From a virus: a DNA stretch of 64,000 nt. Both the position numbers and the translations under genes were made by a program. Location of the stretch: the IMG/VR virus record IMGVR_UViG_3300031774_000001, one strand, 5' to 3'. The notes under the pieces are model-generated. The model ran no database searches. It saw only the letters and a program-made list of their open reading frames with translations, and was not told the origin of the DNA. Below, piece by piece: positions 18,468-26,129 of this stretch. Position 1 is the first letter of the stretch, and every line of letters starts with the position of its first letter.

Positions 18468-19538
18468 ATGACTGACAATAATTTTTTAGGGTTTAATAAC
18501 TTTATCTGGTTTACTGGCGTTGTTGAAGATAGAATGGATCCATTTGCAGTAGGCCGAGTGCGAGTGCGTTGCGTAGGCATACACACACACGACAAAGAAG
18601 TTTTGCCTACTACAGACTTACCTTGGGCGCAAGTTATAATGCCTGTTACAAGTCCTGCGATAAGTGGACTAGGTCAGTCGCCGAGTTTTCTTGTAGAAGG
18701 CAGTTGGGTCTTTGGATATTTTAGAGATGGCGCAAACTGTCAAGAGCCTTGCGTAATAGGTTCACTCCCAGGTATGCCAGCAGAAAAGCCAGACGGCACT
18801 TTAGGATTTTCTGACCCTAACGCAAAATATCCTATTACAAAAAATGAATCAGATGTAAATAGACTTGCCTATAGTGGTTTCACGCAGTTAGGCCTGGTCG
18901 CTAGACAAGATAGTGTTAAGACAGGTATTGCAACGGCCGACTTCAATGCGACTACAAACGCAAGAGGTGGTGAGATAACAGCAAGTGATGGAGATATTTG
19001 GAATCAACCTGCGCCGGCCTGGGCCGCTGTTTATCCTTTCAATCACGTCTTTGAAAGTGAGAGTGGACATACAACAGAATTTGATGATACAGAAGGCGCC
19101 GAAAGAATTGCCCAATTTCATAGAACAGGCACAGGTTATGAAATAGACGCCGTGGGTAATATTAATATATCAAATGTTTCTAACAAATATGAAATTACAA
19201 ACGGTCACTCACGTTACGCCATTACAGGCGATAGTGACATTACAGTAGATGGTCGCCATAAGATATTCATTAACAAAACAGGCCAGGCCAACAATCACTA
19301 TGACATACAGATTGGCCCGAATGCAAACATTAACATACAAGTAGATAAAGGCAATATCAATCTGGTCACCGTTGATGGAGATGTAAATATGAATGTTGGT
19401 GGTAATTACAATCTAAAAGTAAAAGGTGATTACTATAGTGATATATGGGGCAGTAAGAACGAAACAATACAAGGCAGTAAAATATCAAATACAACTATGA
19501 GCGTATTTCATAGAGGCTCTTCAATTGATTTAAACTAA
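18468..19538 (+). CDS. g5: baseplate central spike gp5 (OB fold plus beta-helix, no lysozyme domain seen)
   Basis: WFTGVVEDR.DP..GRVRVRC.G.H, LPWA, GSWV.G.F.DG, YPFNHV.ESESGH..EFDDT, C-terminal IDLN. Confidence 0.92.
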   Translation: MTDNNFLGFNNFIWFTGVVEDRMDPFAVGRVRVRCVGIHTHDKEVLPTTDLPWAQVIMPVTSPAISGLGQSPSFLVEGSWVFGYFRDGANCQEPCVIGSLPGMPAEKPDGTLGFSDPNAKYPITKNESDVNRLAYSGFTQLGLVARQDSVKTGIATADFNATTNARGGEITASDGDIWNQPAPAWAAVYPFNHVFESESGHTTEFDDTEGAERIAQFHRTGTGYEIDAVGNINISNVSNKYEITNGHSRYAITGDSDITVDGRHKIFINKTGQANNHYDIQIGPNANINIQVDKGNINLVTVDGDVNMNVGGNYNLKVKGDYYSDIWGSKNETIQGSKISNTTMSVFHRGSSIDLN

Positions 19539-19717
19539 CAATAACATATATATCAAACTCGTAAATAAACCAAACAGAAATCTGAAAAACGAGCTGACAA
19601 AAAGGCTATTGTTAAATAACTCTAAAAATTTAAACTATAAATGCAATAACAATCATTAGATATATCGTTATTTAATTTTTCCGCCAAAAAAACCGGCCAG
19701 CATAAATATTCTCAAAT

Positions 19718-20101
19718 ATGTCTATTACAAAACAATCATACACCGACTTAAAAGAGTATTGGGACTTTCAACGTAAGATAGAATACAATAAAGAAAAATT
19801 ACGTGATTTAACTAAAGAAATGCAAGGCCGAGTTTATAATCAATTCGGTATGTTAGATGAGAAAGAGTTATTTGATAGTCTTTGGTGTAAACTTCCTCAA
19901 GACGCATACGAAAATCCGCCATCTACATATATACCAGAAAACGAATCTTACAGATTTGAATGGGAAGGCGAACCTAATAAACAGAAACAATTACCCTTAC
20001 ATAAAAAAGGACGACCTGTTGTTTTACGTGCTAGAAAGAAAATAGAAGATATACTACCCTTTGGTGACAATGATGTTATTAAGCATCCTGATGATAAATG
20101 A
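19718..20101 (+). CDS. hypothetical protein
   Basis: Late promoter variant CATAAATA at 19701; typical codon usage. Confidence 0.7.
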   Translation: MSITKQSYTDLKEYWDFQRKIEYNKEKLRDLTKEMQGRVYNQFGMLDEKELFDSLWCKLPQDAYENPPSTYIPENESYRFEWEGEPNKQKQLPLHKKGRPVVLRARKKIEDILPFGDNDVIKHPDDK

Positions 20102-20163
20102 TAAGTGTATATGTCTTATTAATTGTATTTGTAGTAATGGCGATTATTCTTGGAAACTTGTAA
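20098..20163 (+). CDS. possible 21-aa single-TM peptide
   Basis: ATGA-coupled; MISVYVLLIVFVVMAIILGNL. Confidence 0.35.
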   Translation: MISVYVLLIVFVVMAIILGNL

Positions 20164-20231
20164 ATTATATATAACTGTGTAGTGTCCGCAAGAATGCTTA
20201 GAGTACCTAAAGACCAACGACTCGGCGAATT

Positions 20232-20516
20232 TCAATAACGAGTTCCTTTTACATATTTACTATTCCACAAATAGATATAATGACCTCTACGTGTATATCG
20301 TATGGTTAAAGGTTTCCATCTATCGTGTAGTCTTAATGTTTTAATGTAAGCAATACAATACTCTGGTTCCCAATCTTCTATTCTTACTCTATATGGTGAT
20401 TTACTATATAAGGCCTTTTGACAATAGACGATAAAGTCTACGTCTGAAAATACGTGACTAGTTTGGCTGGATGATATGATGATTTTGTTTTTAGATGGTA
20501 CGTCTGTAATAAGCAC
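20232..20516 (-). CDS. hypothetical protein (GTG start)
   Basis: AGAAGG RBS and its own promoter on the minus strand. Confidence 0.6.
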   Translation of the reverse strand: MLITDVPSKNKIIISSSQTSHVFSDVDFIVYCQKALYSKSPYRVRIEDWEPEYCIAYIKTLRLHDRWKPLTIRYTRRGHYIYLWNSKYVKGTRY

Positions 20517-20539
20517 TTTAACCTTCTAAATTTATATTT

Positions 20540-20652
20540 ATAATACTACGGATTTGGCCTGGTGTCAAGTCTAAAAATTTTGCGAATCTTCTGAATGTCT
20601 TAAAGTTTGGGCGTGGCGCAGACTTGACTTTTGCTCTTATAAATAGTATTAT
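20540..20652. promoter_or_regulatory. divergent sigma70 promoters, each with an adjacent late TATAAATA
   Basis: (-) TTGACA(20568-20563)-17-TATTAT; (+) TTGACT(20624)-17-TATTAT with TATAAATA at 20638-20645. Confidence 0.8.
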
Positions 20653-20674
20653 AGTAAAAACGGAGAATTAAATT

Positions 20675-21118
20675 ATGGATAGAAGAGAAGCCTTTGCTCA
20701 AATGATAGCACAATCAGAAGATAGTGGTATATACGGCGCCACTTACGATTTCAACGCAAGTCCCAAAGAATCAAAAAAAGTAAAAGAATCAGAAGAACCC
20801 TTTAAAGAGTATTGTGAAAGAAAATACGAAGGTAAAGGACACTACACTAGAAGAATGCCTAGTCTTACAAATAAACCACCAAAAGAAAAAGTTATTAATT
20901 TAAATAAGTATGAACGATATTGGGAAAATTCAACTCCCACAGGTCACGTTATTACAATCTATTCGCAAGACAATACTTTATTAACAATTAATTGTAATTG
21001 GCCAAAAGATTATTATCCACGTTTACACAACATAGACAAGGAGAGATATGGTAAAAGAAGCACACAAAGACTTAAAAAGAAAAGTAAATCTACAAGAAGA
21101 GGTAAGAAGAAACGATAG
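20675..21118 (+). CDS. hypothetical protein with basic C-terminus
   Basis: GGAG RBS, downstream of promoter. Confidence 0.65.
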   Translation: MDRREAFAQMIAQSEDSGIYGATYDFNASPKESKKVKESEEPFKEYCERKYEGKGHYTRRMPSLTNKPPKEKVINLNKYERYWENSTPTGHVITIYSQDNTLLTINCNWPKDYYPRLHNIDKERYGKRSTQRLKKKSKSTRRGKKKR

Positions 21119-21236
21119 AAGTTTTACAAGTTGGAAAGAATTGAAAGACTTAAAAAAGATTAAATTAGCATTGAAAGATAAATTATTAAAAAGTAAAAAT
21201 AATGAAAGAAGCGACAAAACGATTTCTAAAGTATAG
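21048..21236 (+). CDS. DUF465/YdcH-like small coiled-coil protein
   Basis: H..L..........LKK.KL.LKD.L pattern; AAGGAG RBS. Confidence 0.6.
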   Translation: MVKEAHKDLKRKVNLQEEVRRNDRSFTSWKELKDLKKIKLALKDKLLKSKNNERSDKTISKV

Positions 21237-21642
21237 ACCAAACGCAAAGTACGTAGAAAAAGTAGACCATAGACCGAATACAGATTACAAACAAAGAGAA
21301 TGCATTTCTATGACGATTATGGAAGCAAAAAACTTTGGAAGTGAATTTATATCAGGTTGGTTAGTTGATGATTATAGAACAGACATAGAGGCAACACCTA
21401 TTATTCATCATTGTTGGAATATAGAAAAAAACGGCACACATTACGATACGATACCAGTCATAGAAAAAAAGTATGATTACGTTTCTGATCCAGATGTAAA
21501 TAAACCTTATAAGTATAAGGACAGATTTTATTGGTCGCCTGTGATATACTTAAATGATGAATTAAAAATAATTATACCAAATGGCAAACAAGCAACTATT
21601 ACAGAAGAAGAACACAAAAGATTTATTAATGAACATCAATAA
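21202..21642 (+). CDS. hypothetical protein (C...SGW...HHCWN...YD; possibly transglutaminase-like)
   Basis: Cys/His/Asp spacing only. Confidence 0.5.
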   Translation: MKEATKRFLKYRPNAKYVEKVDHRPNTDYKQRECISMTIMEAKNFGSEFISGWLVDDYRTDIEATPIIHHCWNIEKNGTHYDTIPVIEKKYDYVSDPDVNKPYKYKDRFYWSPVIYLNDELKIIIPNGKQATITEEEHKRFINEHQ

Positions 21643-21763
21643 AAACTTAAATAAAGAATATCCTAAATTCTTAAAATCAATTCCCAAATTAAGTAATAAG
21701 GATATAATGAAACATAAATTAATGAAACTATTAGAGGAGCTAAAACAATGTATGATGAAATGA
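21629..21763 (+). CDS. small hypothetical protein
   Basis: Overlap-coupled ORF. Confidence 0.35.
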   Translation: MNINKNLNKEYPKFLKSIPKLSNKDIMKHKLMKLLEELKQCMMK

Positions 21764-21924
21764 ACGGAGTACAAGTGTTATGGCATTTATTAACAAATTG
21801 GGAAGAAGGTAAAGGACTTTGGTTTATAATTGCAATTGCTATGATAGCAGTTGCTCTATCTTTAATATCAGATAGATATGAAGAATATAAAGTTAAACCA
21901 GAAGATTATCAAAATCATTATTAA
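21748..21924 (+). CDS. small single-TM membrane protein (58 aa)
   Basis: GAGGAG RBS; LWFIIAIAMIAVALSLI; missed by the ORF track. Confidence 0.65.
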   Translation: MYDEMNGVQVLWHLLTNWEEGKGLWFIIAIAMIAVALSLISDRYEEYKVKPEDYQNHY

Positions 21925-21932
21925 GGAGTAAA

Positions 21933-22340
21933 ATGAAAAGATATTTATATTTAACATTAGGATGGTTATGTGTTGGTTTGGCATACATTGGTGTAGTAAC
22001 ACCTGGTATACCTTTCAGCATATTTTTAGTAATTGCCGCTTGGGCATTTGCTAAATCATCTAAAAAATGGCACGATTGGTTATACAATCACAAATACTTT
22101 GGTCCGTTTCTAACAGGTTGGACTAAACATAAAGTATTTCCACAATATGCAAAGTACTCAATGTTAATTGTTATGGCAAGTTCACTTGCAATACTTTGGC
22201 ATAGTACACATAATTTAAATGCATTATTATGGTCAGGTGGATTTATGTTTCTATGTGCTGTATGGGCGTGGAGATATCCTGCAACAAAAGAAATTGCAGA
22301 CGCAAGAAAGGCCGCAGGTAAAAGGGTAGCTTGGTTATGA
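21933..22340 (+). CDS. ybaN: YbaN/DUF454 inner membrane protein
   Basis: LG...VGL..IGVV.PGIP...F...AAW.FAKSS...HDWL.NH.YFGP....W. Confidence 0.88.
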   Translation: MKRYLYLTLGWLCVGLAYIGVVTPGIPFSIFLVIAAWAFAKSSKKWHDWLYNHKYFGPFLTGWTKHKVFPQYAKYSMLIVMASSLAILWHSTHNLNALLWSGGFMFLCAVWAWRYPATKEIADARKAAGKRVAWL

Positions 22341-23095
22341 TAGAAAATAAAGAAACAAATTTTTCAAGTCAAGTTGAAGACATAGATGTAATGAAAGGTG
22401 GTAATTTAAATTTTGGTCCTTATGTTGCACACTATAAAATTCATCAACATTTATTAGAAGGACTTTTACAAAGAGGTGATAAGAGTAAACCTGGTTCAGG
22501 TAATCATAACTTGGCAGGTATAATAGAAGACCAAAGAGGTTATACGCAAGAAGATAAGAAATGGTTTATAGACCATTTCCAACCTTACGTAACTGACTAT
22601 GTTGAATCTTCAGTAAAATATTCTGGTCAACAAGTTGATTATAGTAAACCAGTTCCATCATTTTCAACTAAATTTACATTAATAGATTTATGGATTAATT
22701 ATATGAAAGAGAACGAACAAAATCCAGAACACTCTCACGGTGGTATGTTATCTTGGGTTATATTTTTAAAAGTTCCTGATTTAGAAGAAGAACGAAGAAA
22801 TTATAAAGGTAAGAGTTATGGACCAGGTGGTGTTACGTTTCATTATGGTGAAACATCTAATCCAACTTGGGCACAACACTCATATGGTTATATGCCTGAA
22901 GTTGGTGGTATGTGGATATTTCCTGCACAATTAAGACACCAAGTAACTTCTTTTAAAACTCCAGGTGTAAGAGTAAGTGTATCAGGTAATTTATTTTTTA
23001 ATCATCCTAATGATACATCAAAGACACTTGAAGAAGAAAACTTACAAAAACAAAATATGGACTTTGCAAGTAGAGTCGCTCAAAATATAAAATGA
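22337..23095 (+). CDS. 2OG-Fe(II) oxygenase (TIGR02466-like)
   Basis: WINY...E.NP.H.H.G.LS.V, IFPA.L.H.V, R.S.SGN. Confidence 0.85.
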   Translation: MIENKETNFSSQVEDIDVMKGGNLNFGPYVAHYKIHQHLLEGLLQRGDKSKPGSGNHNLAGIIEDQRGYTQEDKKWFIDHFQPYVTDYVESSVKYSGQQVDYSKPVPSFSTKFTLIDLWINYMKENEQNPEHSHGGMLSWVIFLKVPDLEEERRNYKGKSYGPGGVTFHYGETSNPTWAQHSYGYMPEVGGMWIFPAQLRHQVTSFKTPGVRVSVSGNLFFNHPNDTSKTLEEENLQKQNMDFASRVAQNIK

Positions 23096-23946
23096 GGTTA
23101 ATACAACCTATATTTGCTAGTTATTCTACAAGAGATACTGGATTAGGTGAAGACAATAAAATCTTTAATGCGTGGAAAGAAATTAATGAACGTGTTAAGA
23201 AAGATATTGATTTAGGAGTAAAAGAATTTCTTTTATTCTATGTTCCTGAATTTAAGTTAGGTGAAAAATCTGATACACATAGAGGTGATGAACATATTGA
23301 TTCACATAAGTTTGACCAAGTATGTGTAACTGCCGCTAGTCTTTCAAGAGATATACAACCACATTGTAGATTAATTGTAGATGTTTGTTTATGTTCTTAT
23401 ACACAGGACGGACATTGTTGTATAATAGGCGACCAAGAAAAAACAGATAAATTATTATTAGACCAAGCAAAATCAATTTATACAGCGTCTGGTGCTACAA
23501 TAGCGCCAAGTGATTGTCAAGACAATACAGTTAAAAATATTAAATCAGTAAAAGATGGTAATATAGATGTTATGAGTTATAGTACCAAATTTCGTTCAAC
23601 ATTTTATAGAAGTTGGCGAAATGCAATGAAAATATCAAAAGGTATTCATAGACCTTATCAATTAGATGTATCAGATAAAGCAGGTGCAATTAATCGTTCT
23701 ATAAAATATTCAAAAGATGGTGCAGATGAATTAATGTTAAAACCAGGTATTACTAGTTTAGATTTAATTCAAGGCATAAAGAAAGCAACTGGCAAACCTG
23801 TTGGTGTATATCAAACATCAGGAGAATGGTTAGGTATAGGTGCTCCTGGTAGTTTAGAAGAAACATATCATATATTCAAAAGAGCAGGTGCAGACTATAT
23901 GATAACTTATGGGGCAAGACGTTTAGCAAGACATCATAGACAGTAA
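23092..23946 (+). CDS. hemB: porphobilinogen synthase (delta-aminolevulinate dehydratase)
   Basis: Zn site DVCLCSYTQDGHC; Schiff-base lysines in MSYSTKF and MLKP; YQLD, YQTSGE, RAGAD.MITY. Confidence 0.9.
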   Translation: MRLIQPIFASYSTRDTGLGEDNKIFNAWKEINERVKKDIDLGVKEFLLFYVPEFKLGEKSDTHRGDEHIDSHKFDQVCVTAASLSRDIQPHCRLIVDVCLCSYTQDGHCCIIGDQEKTDKLLLDQAKSIYTASGATIAPSDCQDNTVKNIKSVKDGNIDVMSYSTKFRSTFYRSWRNAMKISKGIHRPYQLDVSDKAGAINRSIKYSKDGADELMLKPGITSLDLIQGIKKATGKPVGVYQTSGEWLGIGAPGSLEETYHIFKRAGADYMITYGARRLARHHRQ

Positions 23947-23966
23947 TACTCATAAATAGTAGTATT

Positions 23967-24563
23967 ATGAGTAAACACTACCAAACGGTAGAGGACCTAG
24001 ATATTAATTTAGAGGAGCTAATAGCGTGTTATGAACAGTTTAAAGAATCAAAAGGTTTTTCTACAGACAATCCTGATAATATAGACTTCAATGCTATATG
24101 TATCAACCGTAAACCTGGAGACCCCAAATCAATCTCTGGTGGTAATATCCGTGGAATCTATTGGACCTATCCTGACAATACAGGTAAAGAAGAACAAAGA
24201 CTTGAAGAAGTCAACGAAGAAGAATACACTCAAATTTGTCCAGAATTTAAAAACACGTATATTGAAACTCTTTACGATTATTTAACATTAAGATTTAAGT
24301 TAGGTCGTGTTCGTTTTCTAATGAAACCACCTAGAAGTTGTTTAAGTTGGCACCGTGATCCCGAAAAGAGATTACATATCCCAATGATAACAAATGGTGG
24401 TAGTAGAATGGTTATTGAAGATGAGAGTTTTCATATGCCAGCCAATGGAAATGCTTATATTACTGATAATACGAAATATCACAACTTTTTTAATGGTGGT
24501 GAGACTCAAAGAGTTCACCTAGTTGCAACTTTATTAGATTCTAGTGATTCAACTACTGATTAG
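23967..24563 (+). CDS. Asp/Asn beta-hydroxylase-like 2OG oxygenase
   Basis: CLSWHRD, RLHIPMITN, H.FFNGG...RVHLV; CATAAATA late promoter at 23951. Confidence 0.8.
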   Translation: MSKHYQTVEDLDINLEELIACYEQFKESKGFSTDNPDNIDFNAICINRKPGDPKSISGGNIRGIYWTYPDNTGKEEQRLEEVNEEEYTQICPEFKNTYIETLYDYLTLRFKLGRVRFLMKPPRSCLSWHRDPEKRLHIPMITNGGSRMVIEDESFHMPANGNAYITDNTKYHNFFNGGETQRVHLVATLLDSSDSTTD

Positions 24564-24766
24564 TCTTGTTCAGAATACAACGTTTGCGAGTATAGAGCTA
24601 AAATAAACATAGCAATTCCTAACAATGACAAAGTACCACACAAAAACCAATTATCGTTCATAGGAATTCCTTTATAACCACCGTCAATTGCACCGACAGC
24701 GCCGATTAGACAGAAAGTTCCTCCTATTGATAGAATAATAGTTAAATATTCAAGTATTTTTTTCAT
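24560..24766 (-). CDS. small two-TM membrane protein (early)
   Basis: AAGGA RBS before ATG 24766; two hydrophobic helices. Confidence 0.7.
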   Translation of the reverse strand: MKKILEYLTIILSIGGTFCLIGAVGAIDGGYKGIPMNDNWFLCGTLSLLGIAMFILALYSQTLYSEQD

Positions 24767-24795
24767 AATGTTTCCTTTTTTCAACTTATACGTTA

Positions 24796-24824
24796 ACTAT
24801 ATACTAAAAATAGAAAAAAGTCAA
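24796..24824 (-). promoter_or_regulatory. strong sigma70 early promoter with A/T-tract UP region
   Basis: TTGACT-17bp-TATAGT on the minus strand. Confidence 0.8.
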
Positions 24825-24841
24825 GGGAAAAATTCAAAAAA

Positions 24842-24979
24842 ATGAGAAAAATTAAGGTTTTTTTAGTTGTTTGTTCGCTTTTTGTTCTCGTTTCTTGCGG
24901 AAACGTGCATAATTGCAAATTTTCTTACGATTTTGAAAAGTTTCCGAATCGGGAAGCCCTTTTCACTTGTAATTTTTAG
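24842..24979 (+). CDS. putative small lipoprotein (45 aa)
   Basis: MRKIK + hydrophobic core + LVSC lipobox; missed by the ORF track. Confidence 0.5.
   Translation: MRKIKVFLVVCSLFVLVSCGNVHNCKFSYDFEKFPNREALFTCNF
24873..24887. promoter_or_regulatory. alphaproteobacterial LexA (SOS) box candidate
   Basis: GTTC-N7-GTTC direct repeat. Confidence 0.5.
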
Positions 24980-24994
24980 TATAAATATATCACT

Positions 24995-25156
24995 ATGACT
25001 TATTGCAACAATTGTGGTAGGGAATCCCATTGTGGAGAACCGAAATTTGAAATGATGGAAGCTAGGAAAATAGAAATCTGTAGATATTGCAGATGTGATG
25101 ATAAAAAATGTAAAAGAAAGTTGAGCAAACAGAATGGCAAAAGAAAGAAAATTTAA
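24995..25156 (+). CDS. small Cys-rich zinc-binding protein (53 aa)
   Basis: CNNCGRESHCG...CRYCRC....C; TATAAATA at 24980; missed by the ORF track. Confidence 0.65.
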   Translation: MTYCNNCGRESHCGEPKFEMMEARKIEICRYCRCDDKKCKRKLSKQNGKRKKI

Positions 25157-25340
25157 GTTTACTGATAATAAAGAAATTAATGAAGAAGTAACTGCTATGA
25201 GTTGGAAAAAGGCAGTTAAATCTTTTCAAAATAAAGTAAAAACACCCTTAATCTTTATTGAATGGATAAGTAAAAAAGGTGTTGAAATGACAAAGTGGCA
25301 AAAACTACCAATTGGTAGAAAAGACAAGTTAGGAAGATAG
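25134..25340 (+). CDS. hypothetical protein
   Basis: Overlapping coupled ORF with basic composition. Confidence 0.65.
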   Translation: MAKERKFKFTDNKEINEEVTAMSWKKAVKSFQNKVKTPLIFIEWISKKGVEMTKWQKLPIGRKDKLGR

Positions 25341-25343
25341 AAT

Positions 25344-25706
25344 ATGTCAAAATTAGAAACACTAGTTGAAGAGTTAGGTAAATTAACAGTAGTTGAAGCG
25401 GGTGAATTAGCAAAAAAATTAGAGAAAACTTGGGGTATAGATTTAGCGGCTATACAAGGAAGTGCTCCTGCACCTGTACAAGAAAAAGAAGACTCTTTAT
25501 TCAAAGTTACGTTAACAGGATTTGACGCAGGTAAGAAAATAGGTGTTATTAAGGCAGTTAGAGCATTTAAAGATATGGGATTACTTGAAGCAAAGAATTT
25601 TGTTGAAGGCGTTCCTTCTGTAATTGCAGAAGACCAACAAAAAGAAGAAGCAGATAAGATTAAAAAAGATATAGAAACAGCTGGAGGAAAAATAGAGGTA
25701 AAATGA
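25344..25706 (+). CDS. rplL: 50S ribosomal protein bL12 (L7/L12)
   Basis: L.KLTVVEA.EL.K.LE..WGI N-domain, Ala/Pro hinge, F.V.L....KKIGVIKAVR....GL.EAK.FVE..P, AGGKIEVK. Confidence 0.96.
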   Translation: MSKLETLVEELGKLTVVEAGELAKKLEKTWGIDLAAIQGSAPAPVQEKEDSLFKVTLTGFDAGKKIGVIKAVRAFKDMGLLEAKNFVEGVPSVIAEDQQKEEADKIKKDIETAGGKIEVK

Positions 25707-25807
25707 TAGAACCAATAGACACAAAAAAAGTAAAAGAATGGTTTACTAAAAGTTCAGTACCAAATTGGGCTATAGTAGTTATCGTAGTTATTTGGATAAT
25801 TGCATAA
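25703..25807 (+). CDS. small C-terminally anchored membrane peptide (34 aa)
   Basis: ATGA/TAATG coupled on both sides; GAGG RBS. Confidence 0.55.
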   Translation: MIEPIDTKKVKEWFTKSSVPNWAIVVIVVIWIIA

Positions 25808-26109
25808 TGCCAAAACTTTGTAGAGATTACGATTTAGGAGCAACTGGTCACGGTTGTGATCCTGTAATAGGTGTACAAGCAACACAATTTAAAGTTAGAG
25901 CAAACAATAAACCTGTTGCTAGAAAAGGTGATCCTACAAGACCACATACCATACCATCACTAATACCACCGTGCATTCCACATATGGGTAAAGTTAATAT
26001 GGGATCCAAGAAGAATGTTAGAGTTATGGGAAAATTAGTTGCAAGAGTAACAGATTCTTATGATATGGGAGAAATGATTGAGGGTTCTCCTACAGTAAGA
26101 GCGGGATAA
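25807..26109 (+). CDS. PAAR spike tip protein (gp5.4-like)
   Basis: GHGC, V.AN.KPVARKGD...H, C..H, VARV.D, GSP.V.AG; start reassigned to ATG 25807. Confidence 0.88.
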   Translation: MPKLCRDYDLGATGHGCDPVIGVQATQFKVRANNKPVARKGDPTRPHTIPSLIPPCIPHMGKVNMGSKKNVRVMGKLVARVTDSYDMGEMIEGSPTVRAG

Positions 26110-26113
26110 CTGT

Positions 26114-26121
26114 TATAAATA
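26114..26121 (+). promoter_or_regulatory. late promoter embedded in an inverted repeat
   Basis: TATAAATA within TAACTGT...ACAGTTA (26107-26130). Confidence 0.8.
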
Positions 26122-26129
26122 TTACAGTT

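Noticed and set aside
18134-18475. 113-aa ORF as a confident gene
   Set aside because: Atypical codon usage, no clear RBS, internal promoter and repeats; treated as probably non-coding but not excluded
18888-19121. Antisense ORF inside g5 as a repEA/repEB analogue
   Set aside because: The position is suggestive given T4 oriE, but there is no recognisable similarity, RBS or promoter
10444-25706. Host contamination or prophage boundary explaining aapJ, iscA, hemB and rplL
   Set aside because: Each gene is isolated from its bacterial operon, interleaved with T4-like structural genes, and shows the same motif avoidance as the phage genes
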